Positions 15,145 to 20,126 of a DNA stretch of 20,126 nt are shown here, piece after piece. The notes under the pieces were generated by a model. That model saw only the letters and a list, made by a program, of their open reading frames with translations, searched no databases and was not told the DNA's origin. The stretch is from an uncultured archaeon (GTDB lineage: Archaea; Asgardarchaeota; Heimdallarchaeia; Heimdallarchaeales; Kariarchaeaceae): the NCBI GenBank assembly GCA_964645535.1, contig CAZYCQ010000042.1, positions 9,710 to 29,835 on the forward strand, given 5' to 3'. The translations under genes and the position numbers were made by a program. Position 1 is the stretch's first letter, and each line of letters begins with the position of its first letter.

Positions 15145-16457
15145 ATGTCCCAGATCGTCTTGATCTGTGGTGGAGCACTGTCAAACTCATTGTCCCAATC
15201 CGTCACCGTGTCCTCCCTAGGAACACTGGCCGTGTATGGAGAATCCACCCCCGAAAGGATGATGGTCAATTCCACCTTGGGTCCAAGACTGGGATCTATG
15301 TGAGAACCCCAAATCACCTTCGACCCCCTTCCCAATTCATTGGTGACGGTACGGACACACCTCTGGATCTCCTCAAGACTCAACGTGTCCCCACCCGCAA
15401 TATGGATGAGGGCCGCCTTCGCATCCATGATCTGGATGTCCAAAAGACTGTACGCAAGACTCTCCCTGAGTGCATCCTCAATACGAGTGGGACCCTCGCC
15501 CTCTCCTACTCCAATCACGGAACTCCCTCCTGCCTTCAGCACCTGCCGGATGTCTGCAAAGTCCACATTGACATAGGCCGCCGTTCGCACAAGATTCACA
15601 ATGCCCTGCACCGCACGGATCAGAATCTCATCGGCAACCTTGAAGGCAGTGTCCAAGGGAAGGGTGTCGTCAATCAACAACAGCTTCTGGTTCGGTATGA
15701 CTATCACTGTGTCGCAAGTCGAATACAGCTCCTTCAACCCATCAAGCGCATTGTTGACACGATCCTCGCCCTCCATCTCAAACGGAAGCGTGCAGACACC
15801 CACAACCAATGCACCCTCACTCCGGGCAATGTCTGCAATCACAGGAGCAGCACCCGTACCGGTTCCACCTCCAAGACCTGCCTGCACAAAGACCAAATCA
15901 GCATCCTTGACCAGCTCACGGATATCCTCTGTCGATTCCTCCGCTGCCGCTCGACCTATGATCGGATCACTCCCTGCACCAAGACCCTCCGTCAACTCAG
16001 ATCCCAAAATCAACTTCATGTCTGCCTCACTGTTCAGCAAATGGTACGCATCCGTATTGGCCGCAACCGTGATCGCACCCTGGATCCCTTTGCGCGCAAG
16101 ACGACTCACCGCATTTGAACCGGCTCCTCCAACTCCAATGGCCAGAATCTTGTCCTGCTTTTTCTTCAGCAACTCCTGAATAAATGAATTCATCTTTGAC
16201 GATGAAAATTTCGAAACCGTAGGCTTGACCGGCTTATGCGCATTCTTCACCAAATTCGTCATGAATTTGTTCTTGGAATGCACCTCTCCAATCCCAAAGG
16301 ATTGCGGAACCGCCTTGGGCTCCTCATCCGGCTCCGAAACATCGGCTCTCACCGGATTCCAACTCTTCTTGGGATCCTTCCCATAAGGCCAACGAGGATC
16401 TACTGGCTTGTCCATGTTGTCCATGATGTCCAAAATATCGTCTATCGGGGATGGCAT
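15141..16457 (-). CDS. ftsZ: Cell division protein FtsZ (archaeal type, long N-terminal extension)
   Basis: IGVGGAGSNAV, AANTD, GLGAG, tubulin signature AGLGGGTGTG, LPFEMEG, VIPNQKL, T7 loop NVDFADIR, VIWG. Confidence 0.96.
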   Translation of the reverse strand: MPSPIDDILDIMDNMDKPVDPRWPYGKDPKKSWNPVRADVSEPDEEPKAVPQSFGIGEVHSKNKFMTNLVKNAHKPVKPTVSKFSSSKMNSFIQELLKKKQDKILAIGVGGAGSNAVSRLARKGIQGAITVAANTDAYHLLNSEADMKLILGSELTEGLGAGSDPIIGRAAAEESTEDIRELVKDADLVFVQAGLGGGTGTGAAPVIADIARSEGALVVGVCTLPFEMEGEDRVNNALDGLKELYSTCDTVIVIPNQKLLLIDDTLPLDTAFKVADEILIRAVQGIVNLVRTAAYVNVDFADIRQVLKAGGSSVIGVGEGEGPTRIEDALRESLAYSLLDIQIMDAKAALIHIAGGDTLSLEEIQRCVRTVTNELGRGSKVIWGSHIDPSLGPKVELTIILSGVDSPYTASVPREDTVTDWDNEFDSAPPQIKTIWDI

Positions 16458-16573
16458 TCTTGTAAATCAAACAAAACACAATATATGAGATAAAGGCATA
16501 CTCGTGACTTATGCACGTGACACTCCCGTCCCTAGACGACAGCTTAATGAAGGACAAGTAACTATATCCATTC

Positions 16574-17554
16574 GTGGTAGAACAAATTGTCGACCTCAAC
16601 CTAGGTATGCCCCAAGACCTCAGAGAACGACTCGAAAAACAACATTACTACCTCGCAGGAAAACATAGCGGCGTCAAACTGTGCCACTGGACCAAAAAGG
16701 ACATCACTGGAGAAGGACAGTGCTATAAACACAAATTCTACGGAATAAAATCCGCTAACTGCATGCAGGTGTCCCCTGCACTCACTTGGTGCACTGAAAG
16801 ATGCCTCTTCTGCTGGAGAAGCGAAAGCTATGCAATGGGTGACGATATGTCAACCATCCAACATGACGCTCCTGACTGGCTCGTAAGAGAAATGATAAAA
16901 GGACAACAAAAACTACTCTCCGGATATGGAGGAAACCCTAAGGTCGACAAAAATGTATGGAAAGAGGCTCAACACCCAAAACATGTCGCTATCTCTCTCA
17001 GCGGAGAACCAACCCTCTATAAACACCTCGACGAATTCCTCGAAGTATGCCATGATCTAGGAATGACTACATTCCTCGTAACCAACGGAACAAACCCTCA
17101 AGTCCTAAAAAATCTAAAAAACCTCCCAACTCAGCTCTACCTAACCGTCGCTGGACCTACTCCCGAAATCCACTCCGCCATCACTAGACCATTCAACCCA
17201 AAAAAAGCATGGGAAAACCTAAACAAAACACTCGATGTAATGGCTGAAATCAATACCAGAAAAGTAATCAGAATGACCCTCGTAAAAGGAAAAAATATGA
17301 AACACCCTGAAAAATACGCACAAATGTTCTTCAGAGCTAAAGCACACTTCCTCGAAGCTAAAGGATTCGTATCTGTAGGCGACGCAAGAAATAACTACGG
17401 ATACGAAAGAATGCCTGACATAAACGATATCCTACAATTCTCCAAACAAATCGTCCAAAATTCCCCTCAACACCTCGAAATCATTGACCAATCTAAATCT
17501 TCCTGCGCTGTCCTAATGGCTCCTGAAGACTACCCATGGAGATACCTCGAATAA
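16574..17554 (+). CDS. taw1: 4-demethylwyosine synthase TYW1/Taw1 (radical SAM); start may be ATG 16607
   Basis: HSGVKLCHWTKK, CYKHKFYGI, CxxxCxxC (CTERCLFCWR), KHVAISLSGEPTLY, TFLVTNG, LEAKGFVSVG. No flavodoxin domain (archaeal form). Confidence 0.95.
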   Translation: MVEQIVDLNLGMPQDLRERLEKQHYYLAGKHSGVKLCHWTKKDITGEGQCYKHKFYGIKSANCMQVSPALTWCTERCLFCWRSESYAMGDDMSTIQHDAPDWLVREMIKGQQKLLSGYGGNPKVDKNVWKEAQHPKHVAISLSGEPTLYKHLDEFLEVCHDLGMTTFLVTNGTNPQVLKNLKNLPTQLYLTVAGPTPEIHSAITRPFNPKKAWENLNKTLDVMAEINTRKVIRMTLVKGKNMKHPEKYAQMFFRAKAHFLEAKGFVSVGDARNNYGYERMPDINDILQFSKQIVQNSPQHLEIIDQSKSSCAVLMAPEDYPWRYLE

Positions 17555-17652
17555 GAAAAAATAAAAAACGATACCAACCACCAAATTAAAATGCACCAAT
17601 GACTCTATTGAAAATATACATCACTTATCGTGATTATCGTGAGGTAGATAAC

Positions 17653-17919
17653 ATGTCCGAAGTCGATAAACAAGTTGCAGAAGCAATGGAAATCCTGACT
17701 CACATCGCTGAAGATTCTTCAGTACCTAGAAATATCAGAAAAGCAGCAACTAAATCCATTGAAATACTGCAAGACGAAACCATGGACCTAAACGTCCGAG
17801 CAATAAATGCAATCGACCTGCTCGATGAATCAACCGCTGACCCCAACTGCCCATACCACGCAAGAACTATGCTCTGGCAAGCTATAACCAGACTCGAACT
17901 ACCACCACAAGCAGATTGA
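17653..17919 (+). CDS. UPF0147 family protein
   Basis: IAEDSSVPRNIRKAA, AIDLLDE, DPNCPYHARTMLWQAITRLE. Start re-called at ATG 17653 (GAGGT SD at 17641-17645). Confidence 0.92.
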   Translation: MSEVDKQVAEAMEILTHIAEDSSVPRNIRKAATKSIEILQDETMDLNVRAINAIDLLDESTADPNCPYHARTMLWQAITRLELPPQAD

Positions 17920-17976
17920 AAAGACCTAAAGAAAAATTAATTACCCAATAATCCAATACTAAAAATCAGACAAAAA

Positions 17977-18087
17977 GGCGAGGTGCCGGAGTGGTTAACG
18001 GGGCGGTCTCGAAAACTTAACACTGAGCTGTTAAGTCTTGAAAACCGCTGAGCTATGCTCGCATGGGTTCGAATCCCATCCTCGTCA
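17977..18087 (+). tRNA. tRNA-Ser(CGA) with 29-nt intron at 37/38 (18014..18042); CCA not encoded
   Basis: Acceptor GGCGAGG/CCTCGTC, D arm CCG-GAGTGGTTAA-CGG, anticodon stem GCGGT/ACCGC with loop CT-CGA-A^A, variable arm GAGC-TAT-GCTC, T arm ATGGG-TTCGAAT-CCCAT. The intron hairpin ACTTAACA/TGTTAAGT sits in BHB-like geometry. Confidence 0.92.
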
Positions 18088-18168
18088 TTTACATTTCAAT
18101 GGATTTCTGGAAGCTATTGGTTGATTTTTCCTTCCTTCAATGGTCTAATGTTTAGGTGTAAATTTAGT

Positions 18169-18909
18169 TTATTCGTGTGATCCTTCTCCGAGCACGTATT
18201 TGGTCTCCTTTTCGTCAAGAACAGAAAATACGGCTCTTCGATCGATTTTGATGGTTCCCACACCGTTTTTTGCAAGATTTGTTCTGAGTGAATTGACGAT
18301 TTTGCTGTGGAAGTTTCTGTAGACGAGCATTGCAGGGAATAATGCGGGGGAGATCATGATGAGTACCACTGCGGTCAGGATTGCATAGAGGATGAGGATT
18401 GTTATGGGGTCTGCAACGATGTTCCTTACTAGTAATTCCCTTCTGATGAGGTTGTATCCTGTTATCATTCCTGTAATTACGAGGAAATTGTTGATATAAT
18501 CCAAAATGTCGATTGATGCAATTTGGAATGTTCCGTCATAGTTGGCTACTAGCACTCTTGAATCGTTGGTGACGAATCGGATTGGTTGGTATAGGCCAAC
18601 AATGAGGAGAGCAATTACAGTGGCTGCAATGATTTCAAGGATAATCATGAGGGTATCTTCTGGGCGATACACAGTCAGGAGGTAATAGAGGATCAGATAG
18701 AAAATGGAGATGAAGCTGACGATGAACCTCCATGAGAACCCTAACACCCTGAAAATGCTTCTGTAATCACTGTCGGGTATATTCAGTTGCAGGTATGCAT
18801 TCTTGAGATCTTCAGAGTAGAGGGCCTTTGCAAGTATTCCAGATAGTTGCAGCAAATCTTCCTTGTCATCTTTTGCTGCCTTGACTGGCCGGACGAAGAA
18901 GATTTCCAT
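18169..18909 (-). CDS. Hypothetical membrane protein (about 4 TM)
   Basis: 246-aa ORF with four hydrophobic segments, convergent on the tRNA. Confidence 0.7.
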   Translation of the reverse strand: MEIFFVRPVKAAKDDKEDLLQLSGILAKALYSEDLKNAYLQLNIPDSDYRSIFRVLGFSWRFIVSFISIFYLILYYLLTVYRPEDTLMIILEIIAATVIALLIVGLYQPIRFVTNDSRVLVANYDGTFQIASIDILDYINNFLVITGMITGYNLIRRELLVRNIVADPITILILYAILTAVVLIMISPALFPAMLVYRNFHSKIVNSLRTNLAKNGVGTIKIDRRAVFSVLDEKETKYVLGEGSHE

Positions 18910-19181
18910 ATTATAATTTCAAATATGATTTTGAAGTGGAGTCTCTCATATCGTCGGACAACTCTGCTTGTTTCCAGTTTCAATCTCTAATGGGTAATCT
19001 GAACAATTGCAACTATCTCGCTGTTGTATATGGGCACATATGGTTGTCAACATGGATGGTCACCTGTGATTTCCTCCACTTTCTTGTTCCCTTGTTTCTG
19101 AAGCAGATTTTATATTCATCAACTTCCTATGGAACGCAATTGCAATTCAAATTCTACCGGAGGGTCTTGGTTCCGAAAGGG

Positions 19182-20126
19182 ATGTTTTCCGTCAGTCTCC
19201 ACCCCGAGGATCTGGAGGCGATCAATGGCGTGGTAGCCTATCTGCGCATCCTGAATGTACCCATGAAACCGGAAAAGCCTGCCATTTTGTCACGCGTAAA
19301 TCCGACAACCATTCAGATTCGAGACCCCTTTTTCGGCATCATTGCCAAGGAGATGGATGGACAGTTCCGCATTGTCGATGTGGATGTCAAGATTGAACTG
19401 GACTTCTTTCCCTATTCGCTGTTTGCGCTGGAACATCTGAAGGAACTCGGTTTCAGGTGCACACGTATCGGAACCGTCGACCAGATTCCCTCCTTCAGAT
19501 GCATGCATCTTCGATCCCTCTACATCTCTGTCGAAGACGGTCACTTTCTTGCCCTTTCTCAGTTGCATCAACTTACCCAACTGGAACATCTCTTCCTGTA
19601 TATCCATTCTCCCACCCTTCAGTTGGACAGCTTCCCTCTCCTGAAAAGCCTAGGAATCAGGACTTCGATGCTCCGCATTGATGAATCCTTTCCCGATTGG
19701 ATACAGAACCTCAGTATCCAAGGTGCGGATGTCCATTTCATCACTAAGCGGGAAGCCATCATCTATCTCCGGCTCACCGGTTGCAGAATCCATAATGTCC
19801 ACTTCCCGGACACATTGCCGAACCTGAAACGACTCTCCCTGATCTCATCGCAGTTCATGACCTGCCATTCACATGGCATCGAAGACCTGAAGCAGCTTGT
19901 GTTTCTTGAACTCGATGATGTCAATATCGATGAAATCAATCTCCGAGACACTCCGTTGATGTTCATCATCCTCAAAAACCTCAATTGGAAATACCTGCCC
20001 AAAATCCCCGAATACCTTTTCGCTCTTCACCTCATCTCACTTCCCAACATGACCATCCCCTCTTGGGTCAAAAAACATGTCACCTCATCAATGGCTCTGC
20101 AGGTCATTGACTGCAAATTCGAATGA
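19182..20126 (+). CDS. Leucine-rich-repeat-like protein (start probably ATG 19182, not 18936)
   Basis: Repeated LxxLxL units (LTQLEHLFL, LLKSLGI, IQNLSI, LPNLKRLSL, LKQLVFLEL, LFALHL). AAGGG precedes ATG 19182, and C-rich third codon positions begin there. Confidence 0.7.
   Translation: MFSVSLHPEDLEAINGVVAYLRILNVPMKPEKPAILSRVNPTTIQIRDPFFGIIAKEMDGQFRIVDVDVKIELDFFPYSLFALEHLKELGFRCTRIGTVDQIPSFRCMHLRSLYISVEDGHFLALSQLHQLTQLEHLFLYIHSPTLQLDSFPLLKSLGIRTSMLRIDESFPDWIQNLSIQGADVHFITKREAIIYLRLTGCRIHNVHFPDTLPNLKRLSLISSQFMTCHSHGIEDLKQLVFLELDDVNIDEINLRDTPLMFIILKNLNWKYLPKIPEYLFALHLISLPNMTIPSWVKKHVTSSMALQVIDCKFE

Noticed and set aside
15300-16179. 272-aa and 192-aa + strand ORFs
   Set aside because: Antisense to ftsZ; His/Arg/Thr-rich or Ser/Ala/Pro-rich composition typical of shadow frames.
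18035-18045. TGA in the tRNA read as a selenocysteine or suppressor tRNA
   Set aside because: Anticodon UGA reads the Ser codon UCA. tRNA-Sec needs anticodon UCA and extended acceptor/D stems, which are absent.
18936-19181. 82-codon N-terminal extension of the LRR ORF in the supplied track
   Set aside because: Composition is unlike the rest of the gene, it would leave almost no room for divergent promoters, and ATG 19182 has an SD-like motif.

Overview
Archaeal chromosomal segment, supported by a UPF0147 gene, standalone radical-SAM TYW1/Taw1, NurA, archaeal-type FtsZ and an intron-containing tRNA without encoded CCA. An Asgard-like affiliation is my inference from the LRR protein, the AbrB-fused ABC ATPase with an FtsX-like permease and the many C-terminally anchored surface proteins; it is unverified. 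The left half is accessory. It holds a small zinc-finger gene and a partial hypothetical gene, several surface/membrane proteins, a minimal mercury-resistance locus (merA plus a divergent 65-aa MerF/MerT-like Cys-Cys membrane peptide), a MacB/FtsX-type ABC operon with two ATPases, and a doubly disrupted surface-protein pseudogene. The right half is mostly housekeeping: etfBA, an orphan nurA, a heptamer tandem repeat, ftsZ with a long N-terminal extension, taw1, UPF0147 and tRNA-Ser(CGA), then a membrane protein and an LRR protein. The most unusual signals are (i) a tRNA-Ser intron that duplicates the anticodon loop with a different wobble base (CGA vs UGA), in a tRNA that also has an atypical A73, (ii) the two-gene mer module with a Cys-Cys micro-transporter and a 4-residue CxxC in place of NmerA, and (iii) strong, gene-direction-independent strand skew that flips at the tRNA. 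All calls come from motifs read by eye; no database search was run.
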